Source: Geosiphon pyriformis uo1 (taxonomy: Eukaryota > Fungi > Glomeromycota). Taken from it: a stretch of 64,000 nt of DNA. The position numbers were made by a program, and so were the translations under genes. How positions within the stretch are numbered: the first letter of the stretch is position 1; each line of letters opens with the position of its first letter. This document shows, piece after piece, positions 47,623 through 60,454 of this stretch. Under the pieces are notes generated by a model. That model worked only from the letters and a program-made list of their open reading frames with translations. It searched no databases and was not told the DNA's origin. The stretch lies in the NCBI GenBank assembly GCA_016748015.1, contig JAAOMT010000213.1, positions 154,485 through 218,484 of the forward strand, read 5' to 3'.

Positions 47623-50600
47623 GCACATCTTCAAAGAGTAAGAGTGTAAGCCAACCAGAAAAAAAATTTTTTTATGTTTTTAACTTAACTAATAATAATC
47701 ATAACATGAACAAACTAGCAATCAACACCTCTGAATTAACAAGAAAGAAGAAAAAGGCCAAGGTTGATTTCATTCTGAACCCAAACAAGACATTCAAATC
47801 AACTGTTGATAACAATAAGCCACCAAAGACTAAAGTCTTTAAGAATCCTCCAAAATTAGAACCCCCAGAAATTGTACAAAAATCTGGACCCTATTTTGTT
47901 GTCAAAAATCTCATGAAAACACCTGTTCACATTACTTTTGGCCAGTTAATGACCCATCTCTAATTCAGAAAAGATCTTCACAAATCTTTGATTCCCAAAA
48001 AAAAGACACCAAAGACCAACAAGCATTCATGTCAAGCTAAACTTGCTGACAACAGCAATGTTACTTTTCTCATTTGTAAAGCTCAAGTGGCTGATTACTT
48101 CATTGATCTGATTCTGAACAGTAGATCATCTGTTAGTATTATTGCCAAACACTTTTTAGAAACAATTGGCAGAAAAATTGATAAACCATCCACAAAACCA
48201 ATAACCAATGTACATGGTAACAAAAAAAAAATCTGGACATAGCCAAAGCTATTCCTGTCCAAATCAATGGCATCAGCATTGAAACTGACATGGAAGTATC
48301 TGAAGCAAAAGAATACATCATAATAGTTGGCAATAAATGGCTTAAAAAAGCAAAAGCCTTACTTAATTATAAACTTTGTGAACTAACCATCAGATGTGAT
48401 GAAAAACCCATTGTAGTTAAATGCCATTATTGGACAATTCCTTCAATATTCAAGCAGAACCAAGAAAAAAAACAATCAGATAAATCAGATGATAATAAGA
48501 GTAATAAAAAAAAGATCAAGAAAAACAAGAAAAAACTGCTAAACTTGCCTATATTATCTTTACCAGCAATAGCAAGCTACTAAACAATGTTAAAGCTGAC
48601 AAAAAAGAAATCATAATAAATAGCAAGCTGATTTGCTGGTCTTACTATGATATCCTCAAAAGAACCTTTGATAGAAAACCTGGCAAGAAAGCAAAATACA
48701 ATTATTGATGGCATGGTTCTTGTGCCAGGTGTTGGTGTAATAAACTTTTGTATTTCTCTAGTGATGAATGCAAGTCTTGCCTAATTTATTACAAAGATTG
48801 GGAGCCAATTAGTTTGATACTCAAAGAAAAACTAAAAAAAGTACAAAAGTTCTTTAAGAGTGAACCACTTAAAATTCAATCACTAGTTGTAAAACAAAGA
48901 GAACCTTCTTCTGAAGAAAGAAAAGTGGACATTAAAAATCTGTTGGCTAGGAATAGTCCAGTTATCTCAAAAGAAGGTGATACTCCTGGATAAATTCATG
49001 TGATATAACACACCATCATCACAAAAGAAACTTGTTCTATCCATTTGAAGCCTTATTAATCCAATCAATGCAATAATGAGTTTATTAAGAAAGAGATAAA
49101 CCGGATAAAAGATCTTGGATTCATACAAGAAACCAAGAGTAAATGGGCTTTCTCAGTTGTAGTGATATCCAAGAAAGATAAAACCTTATACTTCTGTGTT
49201 AACTACTGCTAACTAAATGTCATCACTATAAAAAACATATACCCACTCCCTAAAATTGATGCAATGCTAAATAAATTCAATAGTACTGCTTTCTTCTTAA
49301 CTATTGACTTAACTGCTGAATTCTGGCAAGTAGAGATGGATCCAGAAAGCAGAAAGAAAACTGCCTTCATCACCAAATATGGCACCTATGAATTCACAGT
49401 TATGTCTTTTGGTCTCATTAATGCCCTTTCCACTTTTCAATGCCTAATGGACAAAGTATTTGAATCAGTAAAAGAAAACTTTGTTCTGGTCTACTTAGAT
49501 AACATAATAGTCTACTCAAAAATCTGGAATGAATACCTTAAACATTTGCAGAAGGTTTTTGACTTGCTCAGAAATGCTGGTCTCAAGATTAATCCTATTA
49601 AATTTTTTTTTGGATGCTAATCCACCCAGTTTTTCGGCCATCTTATTACAAAAGATGAAATCTTCTCTGATATAGCTAAAGTTGAAAAAGTTCAAAATAT
49701 TAGACAACCAATAAATGTTCCTGAACTATGTTTTTTCCTTGGTTTGGTTTCTTATTATTGCAAATTTATCAAGAATTTCTCCAAAATCGCCTTTTTTCTT
49801 AATCAATTATTCAAAAAAAATGTCAATTATTACTGGAACACTCATCAACAAAAAGCTTTTGAAATTTTGAAGGAAAAACTTGTTACTAAACCAATTTTCA
49901 AGCAACCTGATCTGAACCAATCTTTTATCCTTCACATTGATACATCTGGCTATGGACTTAGTGTTGTTCTTTTACAGAAAGATAAAAATGACAGAAAACA
50001 TGTCATAGCATATGCTAATAGATTCTTTACACCAGTAAAAAAGAACTATTCAGTTACTGAACAAAAATATTTAGCAGTAGTTTGGGCTACTAGTTACTGG
50101 GATTAATATCTTTTTGGTGCAAAATTCTTAGTGGTAACAGATCATTAAGCCTTGGTTTGGCTGCATAATAAAAAGAAGCTGGAACACAAACAAATAACTT
50201 GCTGGATACTTTACTTGAATAAATTCGACTATAATATTCAACACTGCAAAGGAGCAAATCATCAAAACATTGACATTTTCTCTAGATCTACTATCCAGTA
50301 ATAGTACAATCTCTTAAACCAAACCAACTTAATTATTAGTAACTCCTTCATAAACAAACATGATAATGGACTTGAACAACTACTCTGCCTTAATGGAATT
50401 TTTGGGTAAAAGACAATACTTATCAGAATACACTTGACAGCAAAAAAAACATTTGTGCAAACAATCAAATTTCTATTTGATTCACTAGAACCAGCTATAT
50501 AAAAGAAATAGAAAAGATTCTGACTGCCTCTAAAGAGTCATCAGATTTGAAGAAAGAAAAATTGTAATATACAACATGTACACTGACCCATTAACTAGAC

Positions 50601-51656
50601 ACTTTGAAAAAACAAAGACAATTCAGAAAACTTTAGCTCATTATTATTGGCCTATCTTGGGAAAGAACATTGCTGAATACATCAAAACCTGTAATATTTG
50701 CCAAAGAAAAGACAAACCCAATTACAAAAAAGATATCTATTCAATCTCTGTTGGTCAACTATTTGACAGAATTGGTATAGATGTTGTTAGACCTTTAACA
50801 ACAACTTCTGGTGACAACAGATACATTATTATAGCTATTGACTATCTTACAAAGTGGGTAGAAGCAAGAGCCACTTCTAATCAAACAGCAATCTCAATAG
50901 CCAATTTCATTTATGAAGATATCATTTGCCATCATGATTGCTTCAAAGAACTTTTATCTAATAGAGGAAGAGCTTTTTTCAGTATACTGGTTAAAAAACT
51001 TTGTAAAAAAATGGGAATACATCATAAATTTTCCTCCTCTTATTACTTCCAAACAATGGTCTAATAGAATGTTTCAATAGAACACTATGTGAAACTCTAG
51101 CCAAAACAAGTAAAGAAACAAACTTATGAGACAAAATACTGCCTTCAGCTTTGTTTGTTTATAGAACTGTAAATTATGATATAACAAATTATGAACTTTT
51201 TTATTTGTTCTATGAACACATAACAATACTATCAATAGAAACTAATATTAAGACAATACCTTTTGAAGAAATCACAATAGGGAATTACAAAGACATTTTG
51301 CAAAAAAAACTTGGTACCATTCTTGACTTCTTAATAGAAGCATGAATAATTGCTTTTAAAAAGATACAACAGTTCCAAAAAAAGCTTAAGAAAAAGAAAA
51401 TCTATAAAACACTTTCTTTAAGTGTTGGTGACTTGGTATTAAAATACCATTTAGACAGAGACAATGTCTATAGTAATAAATCTTCTAGTCAATAAAAAAG
51501 ACCCTTTATAGTCAACAAAGTTTTGAAGATCAATCTAGAACAATCTTCAATAATTGTCCTGTTTATAGTACATAACTCAAGAAATATTATAAACGATCTA
51601 ATTGGTTGCCTGTTGTGGTAATACTGACTCAAATAATCAGCAAAAATCAAGTATAA
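47610..51656 (+). pseudogene. pol: pol of A4 (-1 frame relative to gag)
   Basis: ORF fragments 47706-51345 with PR, RT (YLDN), RNase H and IN (DYLTKWVEA). Confidence 0.9.
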
Positions 51657-51697
51657 ATAAATGTACCATTTCCAAAACAAAGATATTTTCAATCAAC

Positions 51698-52354
51698 ATG
51701 AACAACTATTTTCTGGATCAAAACATTCAAAACACCTTTTATATTCTTCATGAGTATTGGATCAAAAACTATCCAAATGCTACTCTGATCATTAGAAAAT
51801 AAACCACCATAACTGATAACAGAAGAATACATATTGTTATTAGACCAAAGAAAACTACTACCAGAAAAGAAAGAATTGGTAGCAAAATAGATAAATATCT
51901 GTTGGAAAGTATAACAGCAGCTATACTCCCACCTTCTAGCACAATTGAAAAAACACTCTAAGAAATCTTATCCATAGACAAAAACTTGTTATATGGAAAG
52001 CAATTAGAACTTTATGGTTGTCTTGATAAAATTATAAAGTATATGAAACTCATAAAGAAAACAACTTCAAAAATATAGGCAGAAATTTTGGATATTATAT
52101 GGTTAGATATTTCAAGAGTTTTAACTATTGCTAAAAGAGTCAAAACTTTAATACAAAGATTTGGACTCTTAGATACAAAATTCATTTCACTTCAAGTATT
52201 ATATATTTTATCCACAAAAAACTTCAACAAACTAGTTAGCTTTAAGTTAAATAAAACTCTTCAAATAGATTACATCATGAATAGCTTGATTTTGCCAAAG
52301 CTCAATTTCTTTGGAAAGAATGATATTATGGTTGAAATTTATACTTCTTATTAA
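51698..52354 (+). pseudogene. ORF3 of A4
   Basis: ORFs 51602-51802 and 52088-52354 match ORF3 of A1. Same 657-nt span. Confidence 0.78.
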
Positions 52355-52965
52355 TTATCACATGTATTAACCACTGATGTCATATAAATTAGCCACTCTA
52401 TTTTTAGAAAATGATCATTGACCTGATCATTGACCACTTTTGATAGCTATATAAGTGATGAATTTCTTAGCTATAGAAAAGCATGTAGAAATCAAGAAAA
52501 TCAAATAAATAAAATAATAACTTTTATTTTAATTCTTCTCTTATTACTAACTTCTTTTTCTTTACCTTCAAGTATCTGAACATTTTGAGATAAAAGATTA
52601 CTTGTTGGTTATTTCTTACCCTTTTCCTGAAACATATAATTGCAGTATTTGAAGATTATTGAATAAAACATAACTGAAGAATATATCTGATACCTAATAT
52701 TGAATTCTAAAAGTGCCAACATAAGGCATAGAATTATACCAGGCATGATTATTTGTTGACAGTATGGACTATCTCTCTATCTTCAAATTTCTGGTTATCT
52801 TTTGAAAAATATAGTGACTAAGATATTTTATGAGACTAATCTCACATATTGAATCCATACTTATTCAATTCACTCATTAAAGTTGAAATCTCTTTGATTA
52901 TTTCTATCATTCTACAATCCTGTTCTTTCTTGCTATCCATTAGCTTATTACTCCAATCCATAACA

Positions 52966-54178
52966 ATATATTGTATTATATTAATTTATTTAAATGTTTA
53001 CATTTTTTTTAAAATATAGTTTTTTGTTTTATTATTAATAATTATTATTTTCAAATAACTTTTATATTTTATTTATTTCTTTTAAAAATATTAGGCTGAT
53101 TGGTTTTCAATTTTTATAATAGATTAAGCAAAACATATATTTATTATAAAGAAAATATAATAATTTATTATATCAATAGTAAATATAAAAGCTATTTATA
53201 TTTAGTTTTTTTGTCAGATTTTTTGTCAAAAATTTTTTTAAAAATATTATAGTAAAGTTAATAAATTGGCTTGTTATTAACTATAATTTATTTTTTTATT
53301 AGCTTTAACATTGTTTAAAAATTTGTTATTGCTAATAAAAATAATATAAATAAATTTAACGGTTTTTTTTTATTTATTTTTTTATTACTTTTTTTATTTT
53401 TTTATTTTTTTTTATTTTAAAAAAATTGTCAAATAATAATACTTAATCACAATAAATTTTTTATTATATTTAATAATTAGTTTATATAATTTATAATTAA
53501 ATAAGACTTTAATTTTTTTAAGCTATTTATTGTCAACAATAATAATATATTTTTTGGTTTTAAAAACTTTTATATTAAGTTTAATACAAATATTATTAAT
53601 CAAATTAAAAGTTTATTAATTTTTTTGTTAATTGTTTCTAAAAAGTATTTAGCAATAACACTAATAAATAATCTATTGTTTAGAATTAAATCAATAAAGT
53701 AGCCAGCTACTTGTGTTTTATAAATTAAAAAAATAATATTTCTGTTGTTAATAAATTTAACTTAACAAAAACATTTATTGGTTTTTGATGTTTTTTTTGG
53801 TATCAAAAATTTGTAAAGATTTTTTCTAAATTGTAAATAAATTATTAATTGGCCAAAAATAATATGTGCTAAGATTTTTATAAGATCTTTAACAACAAAA
53901 TAGGATTTTGAAAACTTTAGCTTTTGGTTGTTTATTGTTTTCAGCAATAAATGTTATGGCTTTATTAAAATCTAGAATGAAATCAACTTTAGCTTTTTTG
54001 TGGAATTAGAAGAGTTAATAACTAGTTCATTTATGTTATAATCATCATCAGTTAAATTAAAAGTGTAAAAGAAGTTTTTTTTTGGTTGGTTTGCACTCTT
54101 ATCCTTTGAAGGTATGCCTACCAGTTTAATGATTGGTAAGTGGTAGCTTCAACTAGAAAATTCTCTCCAGGTTGGTAT
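52966..54178 (-). mobile_element. Very degenerate family A relic (A5: gag end, PR, linker), host of A4; continues at ~45290-45315
   Basis: ORF 53762-53947(-) YFVVKDLIKILAHIIFGQLI matches the A pol N-terminus. Frameshift region recognisable at 54090-54130. Confidence 0.85.
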
Positions 54179-54263
54179 TGTTACAGGTTAGAATAACAAG
54201 CTAACAGATAGCAAGAAAGAACAGGATTGTATGATGATAAAATTAATCAAAGAGTAATTCAAC
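54179..54263 (-). repeat. Truncated family A LTR end (U5) abutting the MRP21 promoter
   Basis: TGTTACAGGTTAGAATAACAAGCTAACAGATAGCAAG = reverse complement of the LTR 3' end. Flank GTAT. Confidence 0.85.
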
Positions 54264-54344
54264 AAAGCGTGATTATTTCCATTTTTCACATTTACATGAT
54301 ACATTTGATCATAAAAATTGCTATCAACCTCTGACAACATAGCG

Positions 54345-54889
54345 ATGCTCTCTTTGCTTGCAAGGTTTAACTTCCGTATAAATTGTCAAAAAGTTTTCCC
54401 TTTTTCTTCCCATGGATATCTTAAAGATAAGCAGTTATGTTTTAATACTTTCAAAAAGCGCACAAAACACACCAACAATACAAATAAAACAATAAAAATT
54501 CCTTATGAGCCCCCCACAGACAAATGGCATCAATCCAATTTATTCACCTTTGACTCCGGAAAGGTACAAAAAGGAACATTAGCAGGGAGGTCTATTGCTG
54601 TTCGAAGCGGCGCTGTAATGAATGCTTATAAGAAACTCTGGTCGGTTTTGAACGCAAACAAAATACGCCGTGAGGTAATGAGAAACCGTTACTATGAAAA
54701 ACCAACGGTTAAAAGAAAAAGACTTAAGAAAGAGTCAAACAGAAGACGATTTAAGGAAGCAGTTGCAAAAAAGGTTGCAATAATAATGAAAATGAAACAA
54801 AGGTCTGAAATTTCAAAAGATCAATTTTATTAACCTATTTTCCCAAGATACCAATACTAATAGTTTAATTCTTTTACAGGGGATTGTAG
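54345..54889 (+). CDS. MRP21: Mitochondrial small-subunit ribosomal protein S21 (bS21m), 2 exons: 54345-54802, 54880-54889
   Basis: S21 signature RYYEKPTVKRKR. Basic N-terminal presequence. GT-AG intron with TACTAAT branch point. C-terminus QRGL*. Confidence 0.9.
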
Positions 54890-55105
54890 CAGAGCTTATT
54901 TTGATTTTCTTCTCAAGGAAATTAATCCTCGTAACGTTGAAAGGAATATTTTTATCAAGTGGATACTAAAACGATATTTAATAATCAAAGAAATCTTTTT
55001 GATAAGTACTTGGTCTCAAAAATAAATCACCACTTCTTTCAAAAGCGATCAGGGTTTTTATATTCCTGAAGATGAGAAGATTTCAGCAGAAATTAATTGA
55101 AAATA

Positions 55106-56139
55106 CTAAAGATCTTCTCTAACGCGGAAGCCAGGTCCATATGGTTCACTTGTCAAGCTAGTCAAGCCATCTTTAGGCTCACATGTTACTCTTCCGGTTT
55201 GAGGTCCACTTCTAGGTTTTTTACCAATTATTAATTCTTCCAAAATTTTAATGGTTGTTTCTGGAGTTAAATCCTCCTATTTAACCGCAAAAGAAATTTC
55301 AATTATCAAACATATAAAACGATAAAGCATCATTTAATCAATTTTTTAATTCTATAGAGAGGAAATAAATTTTGAAACTTTACATAATAATCATCGTTAA
55401 CAGCCAATACCGGTGCGTTTACACAAGCACCCGCACATTCCACCTCGGCCAACGTGAAAAGTTTATCAGAGGTAGTCTGCCCAACTTTGATACCCAAATG
55501 TTTTTCTATAGTTTCTAAGATTTGGCTCGAGCCGCATAATTGGCAAGGGGTTGTTGTACAAAGTTGAAGAAAATATTTACCAATTGGTTCCCTGTTAAAT
55601 TAGATTTGGAGTATCTTATAAAAAAATAAATAAATTTTGATTTCAAAGACATCGAAATAATTTTTAGAAAACAACTAACCTATTAAACATCGTATAAAAT
55701 GTGGCAACTTCATAAACTCGCATTGGTGGTATTTCTAGCAACTTTGCCACTGTGTTCATAACAGATATACTGGTCCAACCTAATTGTCTTTGACCTAAAT
55801 CTAATAATGGTATAACGGCTGCTTTCTTGTATTGAGGTGGATATTTGGCAATGATTCGATTCGCCCGTTCCATATTCTCTCGGGTAAATTCAAAAGGAAT
55901 AGATGGATTATTTTCGGGGGTATCACGGTGCTTTTAGAAAAAATTCCAATGAGAACGGTAATTCAAATAAGTTTTATACTCATAAAATTGAGATTAATGG
56001 GTAAGCCCCAACCTACTACAAATAACTTGTCTGAAAACCATGTTGGTGAATTATGAATTGGCCGTTTTAACCATAAATTTGACCTTGTGTAAACATTTAG
56101 TGGGTTTGAACTTCTTAATAATTTCCTTACGGAATTCAT
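55106..56139 (-). CDS. NDUFV2: NADH:ubiquinone oxidoreductase 24-kDa subunit, 4 exons: 56139-56017, 55930-55680, 55591-55384, 55276-55106
   Basis: [39 protein letters not shown], 2Fe-2S ligands CTTTPC and [10 protein letters not shown]. All introns GT-AG and in phase. Confidence 0.97.
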
Positions 56140-56314
56140 TTTTACTCTATCTACTTACAAGACGATCAAAATCAAAATTTATTTCAAAAATTTTCAAGTG
56201 ATGTGACGTATCCAGACAATTTGTGTTTGTATTACCATCAAATTTATCAAGTAAAAAAATCCCAATTCGCGGAACCTTTATATTCACTCGACCTTTCGTT
56301 AATATTATTTCAAT
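56140..56314. promoter_or_regulatory. Short (175 bp) putative bidirectional promoter NDUFV2/MKT1
   Basis: Head-to-head ATGs at 56139 and 56315. Contains TGACGT (~56204) and TTCGCGGAA (~56266). Confidence 0.65.
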
Positions 56315-59300
56315 ATGATAAGGCATTTCGATAGTAAGTGAGGCCTTTATTTAACGGGCACAGATTTTATAAAATTGTAGGAGGTTTCAATATAGTTTGT
56401 GCTCTTTATACTTTAATAATCACTTTTTCAGTTTTCACCGGTGAACGTCGACTCCACCAACAATCTACACTTAACCTTTTAAAAGAAACACGCCTTGGCA
56501 TTGAGGGTGCTTATTGGCTAAGAAAACTTTTACAAAGCTCGGGTAAAGAGCCAGCAACAGCTGCTATAGGTGGCATACCAATTGGTCTAAAGGCAGCAAT
56601 TGAAAAGGAGCTAAATTTGATAAAGCAAGTATATTTGTTCAAAATCATTGGCCTTTTAGACTTTCAAATTTTATTCATTAATGACCAATCTTTTCAAACA
56701 GATCTTTTGGAATAATCCCTTTCTTTGTATTTAACGGTCTCAGTGTCATTCGTAAAGATAAGCCTTTTTCCACCGAAGATAGTCGGCCCACAAAACGAGC
56801 CCAAGCATGGGACGCTTATGAGAAAGGGAGACAAGAGCAGGCGTTTAGTTCCTGGGGAATTTCTAACTCCATTCATCAGCCTGATCTTTTATATTTTGTC
56901 TTTAACGTGTTGAGAGAAAATGACGTGGAGTTTATGAGAGCACCCTATTCTGCTTGGGGACAGGTATATTTTATACTTTTCTTGAAAATATAGTCTTTAC
57001 ATTTAATTATTTCTTCACTATCAAAGAAAAATGAATTTTCCAATTAAAACATATTTAAAGCAAAAATAATCTTGTCGCTTGGGTATTTGTCTTATTGATA
57101 ATATTCCATACGTCTGAATTCGATCAATTTCTTTCTAATTTAAAATCTTTGGTTGTTATTTCTCTAGCTTGTTTACTTAGAAAGACATCCTAAAGGATTC
57201 ATTCATGCTATTTATGGTGGCTCGGAGCTCTTAATGTATGATGTCGAGAAAGTTATTGTGGGTTTAGATTTGGAGGTACATGAACATCATTAGAATTCTT
57301 CATTTTTCTTCTCACTTCCCACGTTTCATAACTTTTACAATCTTTCTTTTCACAGAAAGGCGTTTATACATGGTTAAATAAGAAATCCATACTCAATGAT
57401 TTGGCTATATCAGATGAGCAATTCCTTGATATTTGTATTCTTGCTGGATTCGAATATTGTGGTACCTTCCCACCACTTACCGAGTACACTAGTTTCACAT
57501 TTAAGAGTGTTCATGATTTGATAAAACAATTCAAGACGGGATTCAACGCAGTTCAAAGTTACGCAGATCATTCAGGGGTAATCAAACAGAATTATATGGA
57601 TATCTTCTGTCGTACCAGATGTGCTATTAAATATCACCTAGTCTTGACTGATGAAGGGAGGGTCGAACCTTTGAACGCTGATAATGCTCCGAGTGATATA
57701 CACGAATTCATTGGCTATAGATTACCCGATGAGATTTATTATTATTTATCAAAAGGGCTGATGGCTCCCCAGGTTTGAGAGAGAATGTCAAATGGCGATA
57801 TTTTTAAATTCACAATATCATACCTATTTGGTATTCTTTATTCATTTAGGTCATTAATACCCTTATTTCAGGTGTATTAATTGAGAATCCACCTTTATGT
57901 AACGGCGAAACTCAAGAATATCGAAATTTTCTTAACCAGCTACTCGATCTGCGTACACAAGCCATGGGCCTTCTCACCCAACCCCTGCATCAATTTTATC
58001 AGTCTAGGCGAGTTGTCAGTTTATACTGGTTTGAGCCAAGTGTCGAGCATGTTTTGATTCACAATGTTGCGCCCAGCGCTCACGAAATATTGAGCACTTG
58101 GAACGTATTGGAGCGGGGTTTAGAAGATGAAAGAAAAGCGCAAAAGGTGGAATTTTTACTATCATTACATGGTGCAATAAATTATCTTCCAGAGCTCTGG
58201 GTAGATATCTATTTGACAAAGCTCATTTAATAAATTACAGACTACGACTATTGATTTTGCTTTTTGCTTAAGAGCTACCGCGACAGATGATCAGGCGGCA
58301 AAAACCATTATGCCAAAAAATAATGACAAAATTATTGATGCAAAAGAAGAAATATTGGCCAATGTTCAATGGGAGCTATTGCAATTACGAGAGTAAGTCG
58401 ACCTGCATCCCCCATTCTATTTTCATTAAAATAGCTCTCTAAAAATCACTTGGTTTAGTTTCCTGACTCCGTCCCACACTCATACCCCTTGGGGAATCGC
58501 CTTCAGAAAAGCATTGGCCTCTTCCAAACCAAATTCTGAATCGCACCAGGAACAATTGTTTTCTGCCCTGGAATTGATTCGTTTTCGATATCTAAATGGG
58601 AACCTTTATAGCCGTTCATATAATGGAGGCCCCACCACCGTGAGAAATGGTATATTAATTTTTACCTGAGATTGTTTTTTCATATTTAGAGAAATTTGAA
58701 AACTATTGCTTTAATGGTTCTCTTCTATTAGAGGAAGAAAAAAAACATATTCTCTTAATATCTCGGACACTTAGCCTGTTGTCTGCGAAATATAAGGTTT
58801 TCTCAATAAAAATTTGTTTTATATATGTTCCTTAACATATAACCATTGTTTAATCTTCATTGTCTTTATTTCTAGGGTATACCATGGGTTGCTCCACTCA
58901 GTCGCGAATTATTAGTATTTAATAGTTTTATCAAAGCTCTAAATCGATCCTTGCGTAATCTTTGCGAAATGTTGACTTTGTCCACATTTCTCAATGGCGA
59001 TTGCTGGAAGGAGCGGGGCGATTATTTAGACATTGCACTGAGGTTTGTTAACCAAATTTTCTAATTAGGAATACAATGTACTTCATTTTCAAATTTCAAA
59101 CCTGTTTGTTTAGCCTTCCATTTTTACAAGACGTAAATACTGGACTTGGAATTATTGTAAAGACCTATCTCGAACATATTATCACATCTTCAGTTGATAA
59201 TGATAACAAGGTCTCAAGCGCGCATATTACTGATGCCCAAAACAAATTGGAAGAAATTTTTACACCGTGTATAGATGTCAAAGAAGATTTAAGGAATGGC

Positions 59301-59502
59301 TTTTTGTTCTGGGACGAAGTATGTAACACCATGGGTAAAGAACTTTAACGAATTCTTATTATTAAGTGATACTTATTCGGAATTTTCCCTCCTGAAGGTA
59401 GTCGTTGCTGTCCAAAGTTTGAAAACAACTGGATCTATTTCTGCCGATTTGGCATCTCAATTTTTAAATGCAAACCAATGGCTTTCCTCAAGACGACCTT
59501 AA
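56315..59502 (+). CDS. MKT1: Mkt1 (XPG/PIN-like post-transcriptional regulator), ~12 exons
   Basis: RLGIEG..KEPATAAIGGIP, PFFVFNGL, APYSAWGQL, FLDICILAG, LPFLQDVNTGLGIIVKTYLE match Mkt1 N and C domains. 11 introns can be phased, one of them GC-AG. Confidence 0.9.
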
Positions 59503-60454
59503 ATTCTGAGACATAGTCGATACAATATGGTCGAAATTCAAATAAAGGAATGATATGAGAGCTTTAAAAGTCGGCCAATTGACCATGGTATGAGATTTTC
59601 TCAATTTTTGCAGAAATCAATTGGTCATCTACTTCGGTAGAGAGAGGGATAACCCTGTGATTGCGAATAGAATACTGTTGATCCGGATGAATCTGGATGA
59701 AATGCAGATGAAGTATTGATCTATGTATGAGTTTGCATTGAGGGGATTGTAATTTGATTCCCGCAAGACAATGAAAATTATCCAGTAAACTTGGATGATA
59801 AATCGCAAAAGCTGCAGCAATTCGACCTGTAGAATTATGTATTACTTTCAGGGTTTTGATTTAACGAATCTCGTTTCGAGGTTTTGTTTACCAGTTTGAA
59901 TGACATGACAGAATGCTTAGTTTCAAGAACCATTATTTATGTTGAGCAAATTTTTTCAGCCTTTGGATAAATCCAAATTACTAAATTCTCAAAATGTTAA
60001 TTATACTTTTTCAAAGCATTAATTTAACCATATTGATTTGGTAAAAATTTATATTATAATTAATAATACAAAAATGTTTTTTTTTACGTAGCACATGTAC
60101 ATGTTTAATGTAAATGTGAATCACCCATTTTACACATGATTAGCCATCAAAATTAAACAACAATGCACTTTTTTAAATGCTTTATAGGTTTTATTAAAAT
60201 GGCACAATCCAACTGTTAGCCTAAATTGAATACAAAAAAATCTTAGCACACTAAAAAATACCAATAAAAATTTATAATTAATACATTTAATTTGATTTGT
60301 TCAATTACTATTTATTAAGAAATATAATTAATTAATCTATTTTGATTATGTTAATTATAATTATAATTAGTATTATTAATATATTATTAAAATTTTAAAT
60401 TTAACTATTTAAATCTTATTATTTGAATTATTAATTTCTAAAAAAATAACATAT

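Larger units (their letters stand above)
45316..52965 (+). mobile_element. Full-length Gypsy family A copy A4 (7.65 kb)
   Basis: LTRs 45316-46017 and 52324-52965, PBS 46024-46040, TSD ATAT (45312-15 / 52966-69). Confidence 0.96.

Noticed and set aside
54318-54833. The 171-aa ORF as the complete MRP21 protein
   Set aside because: It starts at a non-ATG codon and reads into the intron. The spliced model 54345-54889 is preferred.
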